NCBI GenBank assembly: GCA_030390025.1
Contig: CM059433.1
Span: 29,638,001-29,702,000 of the forward strand
Source: Squalus acanthias
Taxonomy: Eukaryota
DNA: 64,000 nt
Direction: 5' to 3'
The notes under the pieces are model-generated. The model was given only the letters and a program-made list of their open reading frames with translations, was not told where the DNA came from and ran no database searches. Numbering within the stretch: position 1 is the stretch's first letter; each line of letters begins with the position of its first letter. Below are positions 49,195-62,300 of this stretch, piece after piece. Both the position numbers and the translations under genes were made by a program.

Positions 49195-52100
49195 ATTAAG
49201 TAATTTTTTTTTAAATCATATTTTTAAAATGAGTTGAAATTACAATAAATTAAATATTTTAAACAAAAATTAATTTTTTTGAAAAAGTAATTAAAGTTTT
49301 TTACGGGGCTAAAAATAAACTTACCTTTTTTAATGTATTTTTAAATGATAAATGAGCGAATTTTAAAAAAAACTTTTTTTCAACTCTTATGCTGGTAAAA
49401 GCAGGCCTTACGCCTGCTTTTACCAGGCATAAGATTTCTAAGGGTTTTCTGTGGGCGGAGGTTCTCCAGAAAGCGGAACTATCTGCCCGCAGAGGCTCTT
49501 CTCCAGGGCAGGTGTCCGATCTGTCAAGAGCATTCTTGACAGATCAGAAATGCCAGTTTTCAGCGCATGCGCTTGGCATGCCTGCAACCGGCATTTCCGA
49601 TGTCCCTACGGGTGTGTACACAGCGCGTACACACTCGTAGGGATCGGAATATACGGGCCATTGAGTAGGGATAATGGGTATTAACTCAAATTGGAAGGAA
49701 GTGACTAGTGGTGTCCCACAAGGATTTGTGCTGGGACCTTGACTATTCACTATATTCATTAATGACATAGATAACTCTATAGAGAGCCATATATCCAAGT
49801 TGTCCGATGACACAAAGATTGGTGGCTTAGTAAGTAGTGTAGATGGGAGCATAAAATTACAAAGAGACATTGATAGATTAAGTGAGTGGGCAAAACTGTG
49901 ACAGATGGATTTCAGCGCAGGTAAGTGCGAGGTCATCCATTTTGGACCAAAAAAAGGATAGATCAGAGTATTATTTAAATGGTGAAAAGCCAGGAACAGT
50001 GGAAGTCAAAAAGAGATTTAGGGGCCCATGTACACAGATCAATAAAATAAGTAGTCAGGTACAAAAAATAATCAAAAAGGCTAATGGAATGTTAACCTTT
50101 ATACTAGAATATAAAGGGGAGGAAGTTTTGCTACAGTGATACAAAAACCTGGTTAGACCACATCCCGAGTACTGTGTACAGTTCTGGGCACCGCACCTTA
50201 GAAAGGATATATTGGCCTTGGAAGGATTGCAGTGCAGATTCACCAGAATGTTACCAGGGCTCCTAGGGTTAGATTATGAGGAGAGATTACATAAACTAGT
50301 CTTGTATTCCCTGTAAGTTAAGGGGTTATTTGATTGAGGTTTTTAGGATTTTAAAAGGAATTGATAGGGTAGATAGAGAGAAACTTTTTCTGCTGGAGGG
50401 GGAGTCTAGGACAAGTGGACATAACTTTAAAATCAGAGCCAGGCCATTCAGGAGAAAAGTTAGGAAACACTTCTTCACACAAAGGGTAGTAGAAGTGTGG
50501 AACTCTCTTCCACAAAAAGCAATAGGTGCTAGCTCAATTAGTAATTTTAAATCTGAGATCGATAGATTTTTGATAACCAAGGGTATTAAGGGATATGGAG
50601 CCAAGGTGGGTGGATGGAGTAAGGATGCAGATCGGCCATGATCTCATTGAATGGCAGAACAGGCTCGAGGGGCTGAATGGCCTACTCCTGTTCCTATGTT
50701 CAGAAGTCTTTATTTTCTTTTTTTCTAGTAGATGCCAAGCTCCTTAAATCAAATAAAACTTCTGTATAGATACCAGTGGTACACAATTCTTAATGGTAGA
50801 TGTTCTAACTCAAGTTACTTAATGTAAGTGAAAATGTTTCATTGAACAGCAGCTTCATTGACCTCAAAGGATCAGGTGGTATAGGTGGTCAAATGTCAGA
50901 TGTTCTTCTAACTGCTCCTCATGTAGACCATGAGTAGTTCCACCTCTGCTGCTGTAAGATACGATAATAGGGTCTATAACTTCTTCAGATCAAATACCAG
51001 ACACAGTTGCATACAGAAAAGACCATGAAGTTCCTGGAAAGTGTTCTTCCCTCCCAGAGAATCATTTAGGGCCACGTATATTGTATAAAGCATGACATTA
51101 CCCCATTAGATACTTAAGAATATCTCCATTTTGAATCTATTACCTGGCTTAGTGTATTCATCTGTTTAACTCTCAAACCTGCGACCGCTGCCGTCTAGAA
51201 GGACAAGGGCAGCAGGTGCATGGGAACACCATAGCCTCCAAGTTCCCCTCCAAGTCACAGGCCATCCTGCCTTGAACATATATTGCCATTCCTTCAGCGC
51301 TGTTGGGTCAAAATCCTGGAACTCCCTAACCAAACAGCACTGTGGGAGTACCTTCACCATGTGGACTGCAGCATTTCATGAAGAAGGCCCACCACCACCT
51401 TCCCGAGGGCAACTAGGGATGGGCAATAAATGAAGGCCTTGCCAGCGATGCCCATCCCTGGAGAATAAAGTTAAATTAAATTAAATCTAATTTGTATATT
51501 ATTACAACAACTCCCCTGCCGGTAATCCATCCTGTTCATATTGGAGGCAACTTCTCAAACTCGAGGACTCAAAAAAAAAACACACTCATACAGCAAACCT
51601 TGCCCTGACTGTGCCTGCCTTCCAGCAGCCCCCTCGATCGCCCACGCAGAGCCAGGTTTTCTGCTCCCTGTGTACCAGCCGGCAGAGTTTTAAGATATGA
51701 ATATAAAAGAGGAGGAAAAATAGCATTGGCTGTGGTTATAGTGTGTGGAACTCAACAATCTCCTACTGAGGCACCATATGTTCCAAGGTTGTTTTTCTTT
51801 TCGAAAAAACAGATTTGTGCTACCAAAGAAGAAATTTATATTGGGTGTGAAGTCTCTTGCATTTTACCTAGTGGAATTTTGGAGAGGATTTATTTATTGT
51901 GTGGGAGGGAAGGGGGAGGCACAAAATATTTGCTCACATTAATGTTCAGCATCCAAGAGACACTTCCAGAGTAACCTTCTCCTCCAATTCGCGAGTACAA
52001 AATTAGGGGCCCTAAATGTAAGATGGTCACTAATAAATCCCATAAGGAATTCAGGAGAATCTTCTTTACCCAGAGAGTAGTTAGAATGTGGAACTCGCTA

Positions 52101-52309
52101 CCACATGGGGTAGTTGATGCAAATTGCAGAGATGCATTTAAGGGGACCTAGATAAATACATGAGGGAGAAAGGAATCGAAGGATATGGTGATGGGGTTAG
52201 ATGAAGAGGGGTAGGAGGAGGCTCGTGTGGAGCATAAACACCGGCATAGACCACTTGGGCCGAATGGCCTGTTTCTGTGCTGTAAACTCTATGTAATTCC
52301 CTGTTGATT

Positions 52310-52500
52310 TTAACAGCTTCGCTGTTGCCTGTTTTTTTGTTTTATTGCCTTCTCAGTTGGAAGGCCAGGGCCCAGTTGAAGTGTTTCTGATTGTCTTTCA
52401 CCTTGAAGGCCAACTACAATAGGGTCACGAATCATTTCATCAGTTGCACCGTAGTTGCAGCATTCAGCTAACTGGCTGGCACAAAAATAGATTCCCCCTC
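52310..52500 (-). pseudogene. Decayed LTR-retrotransposon gag fragment
   Basis: Translates LAECCNYGATDEMIRDPIVVGL...ETLQL...EKAI, resembling Gypsy-type gag. Confidence 0.55.
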
Positions 52501-52872
52501 TCATTTTCTTTGTTTAAATTTTGCTTGAAAGCTACATTTTTACACACCATGAAATGCCTCTTAAACCTTTGCACAAATGTCCTCTCTCCCCCTCTCTCTG
52601 TGAGTTCAAACAGCAGAGAAGTTTTCAATTTTTCAGCACACACTGCCCTCCACCGCGCCCGCCCCCCCCACCCCCCAGCCAGGGGAATGGCATAATCGGC
52701 TGAAAATGACCATCCATGTCACTTTAAAGGGGGTTCCACTCGTTCCCCACCAGAGTCACAATGGGAGACCAATAGATCCCCCACGGAACCAGCCAATCTC
52801 CTGGTGGAAACATTATTCTCTGCTTATTGTCCAGGTGCTGAGGCATAATGGTGGTAGATCTTGACTTAGTGC

Positions 52873-53059
52873 CAGGTTATAGTCCAACAGCTTTATTTGA
52901 AATCACAAGCTTTCGGAGCGGCTGCTCTTCACTTCACCTGACGAAGGAGCAGCCGCTCCGAAAGCTTGTGATTTCAAATAAAGCTGTTGGACTATAACCT
53001 GGTGTTGTGCGACTTCTCACTTTTGTCCACCCCAGTCCAACACCGGCATCTCCGCATCA
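52873..53059 (+). mobile_element. Fold-back P1 Penelope mini-insertion with an intact hammerhead (52934-52971)
   Basis: 12-bp TSD TTGACTTAGTGC (52861-52872 / 53060-53071). ~58-bp inverted arms. TCAC-CTGACGA-A-GGAGC(agcc)GCTCC-GAAA-GCTT-GTGA. Confidence 0.85.
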
Positions 53060-53349
53060 TTGACTTAGTGCGACAGTGTAAAATGGGTGATAGCGAGTCG
53101 GCCGCCCGTTTTACATATCTCCCCATTTTTATTTCCATTCCATTCCAACGGACTGCAGACTGGCTATCATCTGTTTTACACTATCGCCTTGTTATTTACA
53201 CTGTGAGCTTGGTGTGTTCTAATCATTCCTTCCATTCACTCCCCTTTGCTGGTCTTTGTAGACTGTCCAGCTGCTGTGGTTGAGGGGGTGACCAGGCAAT
53301 TGGCTCCCCGATTTTTATCAGTGCTGCACCTTAGCCTGTCACTTGGAGA

Positions 53350-53745
53350 TGTACGGTACGGTAGCATAGTGGTTATGTTACTGGACTAGTTAATCCAGAA
53401 GTCTGGACTAATTATTCAGAGATATGAGTTCAAATCCCACCATGGTAGCTGGGGAATTTAAATTCAATTAATTAAATAAATCTGGAATAAAAAGCTAGTA
53501 TCAGTAATGGTGACCAAACTACTGGATTGTTGTAAAAACCCATTTGGTTCACTAACGTCCTTTAGGGAAGGAAATCTGCTGTCCTAACCTGGTCTGGCCT
53601 ATATGTGACTCCAGACCCACAGCAATGTGGTTGACTCTTAACTGCCCTCTGAAATGGCAGCTCACCACCACCTTCTCAAGGGCAATTAGGGATGGGCAAT
53701 AAATGCTGGCCTTGCCAGCAATGCCCACATCCCATGAATGAATTT
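53350..53745 (+). mobile_element. Second tRNA-derived SINE family with a LINE-derived tail
   Basis: A box TAGCATAGTGG, B box GAGTTCAAATCC. Its 3' end (GGGCAATTAGGGATGGGCAATAAATG...) is of the same type as the LINE at 41985-43700. Confidence 0.7.
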
Positions 53746-53746
53746 T

Positions 53747-55151
53747 TTAAAATGTGCAAGTTATGTAGCATGCAGTGCACGACCACAAATCTGGAAGCAC
53801 AGGGGCGTTCTGCAGAGATCCTCCTGAAAGGTCCAGGCATCGGAAGCGTTGCTTGAGCACATTGATGGTCTGCTCAATGCTGGTGGCGTGTCTCTCATTG
53901 TAGGCATGCTTTGCCTCTGTGCCCGAGTTCCTGACAGGAGTCATGTACCACGTCCAGAGGGCTTATCCATTGTGGCTAAGTAGCCAGCCTGTGACCTGAC
54001 GGCCTGGGTGGAAGAAAGGCGGCACAGAGGATAGGCGCAGGATGAATGAATCATAACTGCTTCCAGGAAACCGGGCACAGACCTGCATGATGTGCTGCCT
54101 GTGGTCGGAAATAAGCTGCACATTCAGGGAGTGGTAAATGTCAGGCTGGAAATGGGGAGCATGCAAGGCAATGCGGGTGCAGTCTATAGCACCTTGGACC
54201 CTGGGGAATCCTGCGATGTGGGCAAAGCCTAGTGCTCTCTCGTCCTGCTTCGCTCTGTCCATGGGAAATGTGATGTAGTTGTTTCTCCTGGTGCAGAGAG
54301 CCTTGGTGACCTCCCTGATAAGGTGGTGCACAGCAAACTGTGTGATGTTGCTGATGTCACCTGCTGCAGCCTGGAGCAAACCTGTGGCAAAATAGATAAG
54401 GCCCACAGTGACCCTACCAGCCACAGGCAGTGCTGTCCATGTCCATGGCTGTGGCTGCAGCGGGTGACATAGCTAGGTAACGTCCTCCTTGGTGAAGCAA
54501 AGGCGCCTCACACATTGCTCCTCGGTGAAGTTGAGGTAGGAGGCATGCTCCCTAAAGACCTGCTGTGGAGATAGCCTCCTACACACTGCCCTCCTCCTCC
54601 CTCTTCTCCCAGCTGCTCCAGCTCTCTCCCGTACTCACTGCTCCCCCTCCTCCTCCTCCTGCCCCAAAGGCAAACCTACCAGACCAACCATGACTACAGT
54701 AATCTTTTTCCAGAGCTGACATGTCCAGTGCCAGCAGAAACTTGATCCCAGAAGTCAGAATTAATTTGTGGAATGCAGATAACAACCGCCAACAAAAGGC
54801 CCAGAAGTTAACTAGCAGCCTAAGAAGACAAACCATCAACTAAACTGTAAATCGCACTTTGGCAGGGTCCTTGCTGCCTGTTAGTGTCTTGAGTTGCTGG
54901 GCGAGTTTATCACGTGGCGAGTCAGGCGCTGGGGCAGCTCAATTTCACAAAAGGGTCCTACAACTAGCATAGGACCCTTATTTAAATATTATAATGAGCT
55001 ACTTGAATCGTTTCAGCATGCACTTTGGAAGCCTACAAAGGCGCCCGGATACAAAATGACTAGCGGTGCCCTTCTGATGCGCCATATTGGATCCTAAGGT
55101 GACTGTTTTATGCCTGAAAAAGGGGCGTGGGGCAGGTAAAATTTCTAGGTC
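53747..55151 (-). pseudogene. Decayed Harbinger transposase and element end
   Basis: Frameshifted translation with FATGLLQAAAGDISNITQFAVH, FPRVQGAIDCTR, HSLNVQ, IEQTINVLKQRFRCLD and CMLHN. TATA-like ATATTTAAAT and TIR-like GACCTAGAAATTTT near 55151. Confidence 0.85.
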
Positions 55152-55334
55152 TAAATGTATAAAGAGGGAGTATTATCAACAGAGCTGTATTAAAGTCATA
55201 TAGCTATAATTACCATTAATGACCCTGGAGGATGATTTCCATTGTTCACTGGTTTTTAATGAAGTAATGAAAACGTTCGAAAAGATCACATTCATTGTGC
55301 TGGAAGTAGCAATCAGGAATTTTTTTCTTAGTGG

Positions 55335-55512
55335 AAAAGTAAAATACTGCGGATGCTGGAAATCTGAAATAAAAACAGAAAATGCTGGTAATACTCAGCA
55401 GATCAGGCAGCATCTGTGGAGAGAGAAACAGAGTTAACATTTCAGGTCAATGACCTTTCATCAGAACGCAGCCTGACCTGCTGAGTATTTCCAGCATTTT
55501 CTGTTTTTATTT
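55335..55512 (-). mobile_element. Short P2 Penelope 3'-end insertion with a 5' inversion and hammerhead core
   Basis: Minus strand reads GTT-CTGATGA-AAGGTCATTGACCT-GAAA-TGTT-AAC (55432-55467). Inverted segment at ~55468-55512. Confidence 0.75.
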
Positions 55513-55710
55513 CATTTTTTCTCAATGTGTTTACAATGTCGCTACAATGATCAGAGGAAGGGTCGGATTTTCATCCATTTGGTTACCCTATTTTTGGGTA
55601 TACCAAGAGGAGCCAAAATTGGGGCGGGGAGTAGGTTGAGGATCAACAGAAGGTCTCCACTCCAAAAATTGGGCACGTTCTCACTGGAAAAGAGAAGCTG
55701 CGGAAACATT

Positions 55711-56453
55711 GGCCCAGAAATTAAAGACGGAGCCTTCCTGCGGGGGTAAGGCTTCCCCGCGATATCTCACTGCGCGCCTGCCTTTTCCTTCCGAGCTCAC
55801 ACGAACTTTAGTTTCAAGGCTGCAGCTGTGCAGTGTGTGCGTATCCCACAGACGCAGTTAATTCGTGCGAGCTGTGGGATCACGTGATTTAGTTAGAGCC
55901 AATGGCAGCACACCATCTTTCATTCATAGTTTTGACAGCAAGGGCTGTCAAAGCTATGAATCTATACCCCCCCAAAAGAACAGCTAAACCTCAATTAATT
56001 TTTTTTTAAAGCCATCACATTAATAAAATAAGTATAGTTAAATAAATTAACCACTTTAAACAAAAAATTAAATTTTTGAAAAAATTTAAAATCTTTTTAA
56101 AAGTTATAAAAATAAACTTACCTTTCTTTAAAGTCTTTAAAAAAGATAAACCTGTTGAAAAAAATTTAAAATAATACTTAATTAACTACTTACCTTGCTA
56201 AAAGAGGGTCTTACGCCTCCTTTCTTTATGTGCAAAATCTTCCATGCTTACCTGCGCGTTCAAAGCACTAAGTGCACTGCGTGCGCGCAGCCTGTAGCGC
56301 GCACGCGGTTCACTTAGGAACCGCCCCCTTTTGAGTTCACCAAGTGCCGGTTTTCAGCGCATGCGCAGTGCATGCAGAAAACCGGCAATTGGAGACAGAA
56401 TACGTGAGAGTACACAGTGCGTACTCTCGCGTACTAAGACTAATTTTTGGGCC
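55711..56453 (+). mobile_element. MITE family B, uninterrupted copy (743 bp)
   Basis: Same TIRs and body as 47578-49194 without the nested element. Inserted in a CR1 3' fragment. Flanks ATT/AAT. Confidence 0.85.
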
Positions 56454-59400
56454 AATATTTCAGTGAGCGAGTGGTCAATCTGTGGAACAGGCTCCATAGG
56501 GAGAGGGTGGAAGCAGAAAGTGTTGATTCATTCAATTGCAATTTAGCGAGATTTCTTTCATAAAATAATATTTTGGAATACAGTATATGAGTAATTTGAG
56601 ACAGGACATGTGCTAAGTGTAGCATGCCTGGGAGGAACCAGTGACTTTGGACCTATGGTTCCCAAAGCCCTCCACCACTGGACTTTTCCTCATCTCATGT
56701 ATTGGTCTGTTGTAGACCAATTGATAGAGATTGATTGCTATGATTAGTCAACAACTCCATTATCGTTGTATCAAGCGGCTACCAGGATGGTAGAAGGCGA
56801 ACTAGATGGGCCTTGTTTTTTTATCGTCCAGCAATTCCTATGTTCCTAAATCCGGATGGCCTTCCTTCAGCCTCGCTGTGGGCAGATATCCTCGCCACAT
56901 TTCCCTCTCCTATCGCCCAGTGGTCGCCGGCAGTAGAGGGGAGGAAGTGTTGAGTCAGAAGGTTGTGGGTTCAAGCTCCACTCCAGAGGCTTGAGCACAA
57001 AATCTAGGCTGAGACTCTAGCGCAGTAGTGAGGGATGGCTGCACTGTTAGAGGTGCCGCCCTTCAGATGAGACGTTAACCAGACCTTTGGACAGTTGCTA
57101 GCTCACATGCTATTTTTCATCTGATGGTACTTTGCAAAAAATGTTCAAGTAAGATGTAAATTGTACACATATATCATTTTAAGACATACAAGGCATACAT
57201 ATGATCTCAAATAGCCAGGTGTATCTAATTAGTACCCTTCTATAAGAACATAAGAAATAGGAGCAGGAGTAGACCATTTGTGGCCCTTCAAGCATGCTCC
57301 GTCATTCAATAAGATCATGGCTGATCTTCGACCTCAACTCCACCTTCCCGCACTATCCCGCACTTCAATTTCAATAAGCCCCTATCTTGCATCTGGTCAA
57401 GATAGGGCCTTAGTAAAAGTGAAGAGCATAGGCTGGTTGATAAAAGAAGGAAAGAAAGAAATAACTAGCATTTATATAGCGCCTTTCACGACCTCAGGAT
57501 GTCCCAAAGCGCTTTTAAAAAAATTGTTTATGGGATTTGGCGTCGCTGGCAAGGCCAGCATTTATTGCCCATCACTAATTGCCCTTACAGCCAATTAAAT
57601 ACATTTGAAGTGTAGTTAATGTTGTAATGTAGGAAACGTGGCAGCCAATTTGCGCACAGCAAAGTCCCACAAACAGCAATGTGATAATGGGCAGATAATC
57701 TGTTTTGTCAGTGATGTTGGTTGAGGGATAAATATTGGCCAGGACACTGGGGTGAACTCTCCTGCTCTTCTTTGAAACAGTGCCATGGGATTTGTTGCAT
57801 CTACCTGAGTGGGCAGACAGAGCCTCGGTTTAACGTCTCATCTGAAAGACGGCACCTCCGACAGTGGATCACTCCCTCAGTACTGCACTGGCACTATCAG
57901 CCTGGATTATGTGCTCAAGACTCTGGAGTGGGGCTTGAACCCAGGTTGTTCTGACTTTTAGAACAAAGAACATATATTGTAGGGTGATACTTCTTTTGTG
58001 TAGCTTACCTATTGCATTATGGCGAGTCCTCCAGTGTCCCTTATTTATTTCTCTAAAGGTTTCTCTGAGAGATTAGAGAGATGACACTCTTCATGCTCCC
58101 TCTTCAGGGTCACTCTGGTTTGATGTAGGTATATTTCCTGCTTTTTCCACCACCTTCCCTTTCAGTTCCTTTGTCGATCAACTGCAGACGATACAGCTTT
58201 GCAACTCAGCACATAACCCATCTGTTTTTGGCTGCCACTCAGCCATCTCCATCTGCTGGCTATCCGTTTTCATCTACAAGTCATCGACAAATATTTGAAC
58301 ATCCTCCCCATGCCAATGATATTGACCGATTATGGCACTCAGTTCAGCTTGGAATCATTAGATTAGATTCCCGCTTGCCATCTGCTCTTGTGTTTGTTGC
58401 TTTCTCGGGGTGGACTTTTCGTATTTCCTGCTGGATCTGAGTATGACTTGTTCGCTGCGGCTTGTCCTCTCCTTGTCGAGCCTGCACCCGACCAAATTGC
58501 ATTCACTGCTCAGTTGTCTGCGAGATACTCAGGTCAATAGAAGAATGTAAAGAAATTTGTTCTCTGTAGCCATGACACGCATAAGATTGGATTCCATTGT
58601 GGGTCGGGTTCAGTATTCCTCCTTTCCCTGGATCTCAAAGTTGTCCCTCTACTCTCATCATAGACCTGTGTAGATTTCTCAGCTTCATCCCAATTTTTGT
58701 AAGCAGCCCAATTTTATCCGAGTGCCTCATTACGCTGTTAATGATGTAGTATTTACGAACAATGACAGACAGGAAAAAACCCTCTGGTCCATCCAGCCTG
58801 AACCACACAACTGTGATGCCTTGCGTATCACAATATATACTCTCCACACCCGCTCCTGGAAGCCATGTGATCTCCTGGGAGAGGCAAAAAAACAGATAAA
58901 AACCACAGGCCGATTAGAGAACAAAAATCTGGAAAACTCCTCTCTGACCCCCCTTAGGTGATAGAAACTAGTCCAGGAGACCGCTCTGGCCTTGATTAAT
59001 ATTACCTGATTATTGTACCTCTTGTACGAGGTGATCTCCGCCCCAGCCAGAAACAGGTCCAGCTCTCGCTTGAAGGAATTCAGCGAATCAGCATCCAGCG
59101 CACGAGCCGGCAGCCTGTTCCAGAGGTCCACTATTCTCTGGGAGAAGAACGTCCTCCTGACATCTAACCTAGATCCGGCCTTGTAAATTGTGACCCCTGG
59201 TCCTCCCTAATCTATTTAGTTGGAATAAGCAGTCAACTTGAACATAATCTATTCCCTTCATCATCTTATAAACCTTGATCAGATCAGCCCTAAGTCTACG
59301 CTTCTCTAAAGTGTAAAGCGTAGAGTCCAGTCTTATCTTGATAACTAAGGTGCTTCAAACTGGGAAATTAACCTGGGAGATCCTCTAAGAAACTTCAATA

Positions 59401-61448
59401 TTGCAGGGATCTTAGAACAGCATACCATTACTGTAGAATTTTCAATTCAGATCCACAATAAATTTACCTCAAATCTCTCTCCTTTACTAATCTAATCTTT
59501 CCAGGCTGATTACAATAGATTTTATGTAGTCACAGTTTCAATCACGTGTGTATCACATACCATTAGCAATTGTGCCCACATGGGTCACTTAACAGAGCAT
59601 GAAAGAAAGCTCTTCATCACCAAAATAATTGCAAGATCACTGCATTATTTAACATGCCATATAAAGTAATGGAACCCATTTTTTTTTAAAAAGAACCAGA
59701 ATCAGTGATATAAAGTCCACAACATAACGTAATAACAGTTTTTCCCCATAGAAGGTAATAGACACCTCACAACAAGGTTCAGCTGATGTTATAGACTATC
59801 GGAGCCAAACTTATGCAGTTTATGTGTGTCACTTGTCATGATACATTTCTGCTGCTATATTTACATGTTTCCAGCATGTCACTGATGCATGGTTGAAGAC
59901 CTATGTGCTGCAATCAACAACAAAACTTGCATTTATATGGCGCCTTTAACATAGAAAAACGTCCCAAGGCGCTTCACAGCAGCGTAATCAGACAAAAAAT
60001 GGACGCGGAGACAAAGAAGGAGATACATGGGGGGATGAGGAAAGGCTTGGTCAAAGAGGTGGGTAATAAGGAGGGCTTTATAGCAGGAGAGGGAGTTGGA
60101 AGATAAAGGGATTTAGGGAGGGAATTTCAGATCATGGGGTCTAAATAGATGAAGGCATGGCCTCCAATATTGGGCAAAGGGAGGGAGAGATGCACAAAAG
60201 GTCAGAATCAGGAGGGTTGTAGGGCTGGATGAGGTTACAGAAATAGAGAGGGGCATGGCCATGAAAGATGAGAATTTTAAATATGACATGTTGGGGGATC
60301 GGGAACCAATGTAGGCCAGTGAGTACAGGGATGATGGGTAAGCGGGACTTGGTGCAGGATAAGATTCTGGCAGCGTAGTTACAGATAAGCTGCATTAGTT
60401 AGTGGAGGATGGATGGGAGGCCGGCCAGGAGAGGATTGGGATAGTCGAGACTGTAGGTCAAAAAGGCACGATTCAGCAGCAGATGGGCTGAGGCATGGGT
60501 GTGGGTGGGCGATAGTTCAGAGGTGGAAGTAGGCGGTCATTGTTCTCATCTAGGGGCTTATCAGAACAAGGACATTGTCGCTAGCGGCTTCTTCCAACCA
60601 TTATGAATTAGGACTCTCACTTGTGCCTATTCGGCAGTCAGGCCCATGCTATTGAGGAGCACCTTTATGTATCATCCCACCTTGTTCTGGGTCTGCCTCA
60701 TGGCATCTTCCAGGTTGGTGGTGAACACTCTGTCGGGGTCATATTCAGGGTGATGCATGAAGGAAAGATGAGAAAAAGAAAAGACTTGCATTTATACAGT
60801 GGCTTTTACAACCTCAGGACATCCCAAAGCATTTTACAGCCAATTAAGTACTTTTTTTTGGAAGATTAATCACTGCTGTAATGTCGGCAAATATGACAAC
60901 CAATTTTGCGCTCAGCAATGTCCCAAAAACAGCAATGACATAATGACCAGATCATCTGTTTTAGTGATGTTGGTTGAGGACACCATAGGATTACATAGGA
61001 TTATATAGGATTACATAGGATATACAGCACAGAGCCAGGCCATTCGGCCCAACCAGTCCATGCCGGCATTTATGCTCCACACGAGCCTCCTTCCGTCTTT
61101 CCTCATCTAAATCTATCAGCATAATCCTCTATTCCCTTTTCTCTCATATGCTTGTCTAGCCTCCCCTTAAATGCATCTATACTATTCACTTCAACCACTC
61201 CCTGTGGTAGCGAGTTCCACATTCTCACCACTCTTTGGGTAAAGAAGTTTCTTCTGAATTCCCTATTGGATTTCTTGGTGACTATCTTTTATTGATGGCC
61301 TCTAGTTATGCTCTTCCCCACAAGTGGAAACATTCTCTCTGTATCCACTCTATCAAAATTTTTCATAATTTTAAAGACCTCTATTAGGTCACCTCAGCCT
61401 TCTTTTTTCTAGAGAAAAGAGACCCAGCCTGTTCATTCTTTCCTGATA

Positions 61449-62300
61449 TGTTGAAGGGATATTTACTATTCCTAGCCCCTTTGGGGCTATCCCGGATCAA
61501 GCGTATTTCTCAGACGTTCACTTTCAACTGAAGTTTGAGGTAGCTGAATCCTTAAGACGCTTAACTGGGTCTAAAGGTCCGGGCTATCTCTCCCTAAAGG
61601 AAAGGAACAACCCGAGAATGTTACCATCCTCCAGATAGCGCTTTTAATAAGTTTAGCTAGACTGTAACATCCCGGATATTATGAGGGTCCGGAGAACTCC
61701 CCTCAGACATGTACCTCTCCACCAAAGAGTGTACAGAGATTGAGTTCACGGGTTATTGATACAGAAGACTTATGTGAGATAATTCTTAAAATATATAGAG
61801 ATTTATTAAAAGAACCGACATGCAATTTACAGTTGGTGAATCAGTCAATCACAACGTTAACAGTTCTAAAAAGAGAAAAAAATACGATCTTATTATTAAC
61901 AGAGAATCTTACTTTTAAATCTTAACTTCGCTACATTATTGCAGTTCTTAATGTTTTCTATACAGGATATCCATCAATATCAAATACCTTTGATCCCAGA
62001 GATACAAAGAGTGGGAGACCACAGAGCCGCCTCTGTAGTCGAGAATCGCTTTGCCCGATTAAAGCGAGTCTGCTATCTCATTTGAAACATCAATATTTAT
62101 ACCCTTTGTGGTAACACAATACAGCTTCCTGTGACTCGAACTTTATTGCATCACTTCCTGTGATTAGTCCAGGATAAATACTGGACTGATCAGTTGGATT
62201 CTGAAGAGGCATAGAGTAAGACCTCTTTTGTATGTAGCACCTTTTTAGTTGATTAAAGCTTACTTTAAGTTCACCACGCGTAAGGCTCATTCTTACGACA
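61449..62300 (+). repeat. Putative 5' LTR of a Ty3/Gypsy element (~852 bp)
   Basis: Begins TGTTG exactly where a CR1 fragment (61000-61448) stops, and ends ...TACGACA (imperfect TG...CA inverted ends). ATTAAA at 62252. The second LTR is outside the window, so both boundaries are inferred. Confidence 0.6.

Larger units (their letters stand above)
47287..49659. mobile_element. MITE family C (outer nested element)
   Basis: TIR GGGCCGTATTTTCCGATC / GATCGGAATATACGGGCC. Interrupts the CR1 RT. Internal similarity to family B. TSD not clear. Confidence 0.7.
47001..50700 (+). mobile_element. CR1 LINE 3' half (RT to tail) hosting three nested DNA elements
   Basis: QHGFVKGRSCLTN...DFQKAF at 47001-47286. 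Resumes at ~49660 (GVPQG-like, SDDTK) and ends in the CR1 tail ...CCTACTCCTGTTCCTATGTT at 50700. Confidence 0.88.

Noticed and set aside
58008..58730. Unique-looking, purine-rich minus-strand stretch ending in a consensus donor (AG/GTAAGC at ~58008)
   Set aside because: The frames I translated hit stops and showed no recognisable domain. A decayed or non-coding exon cannot be excluded without TBLASTX or RNA-seq.
27921..61448. Terminal ASRGL1 exon (and upstream exons before 26435)
   Set aside because: I could not find matching sequence by eye. The exons may lie outside the window, or I may have missed them; TBLASTN would decide.
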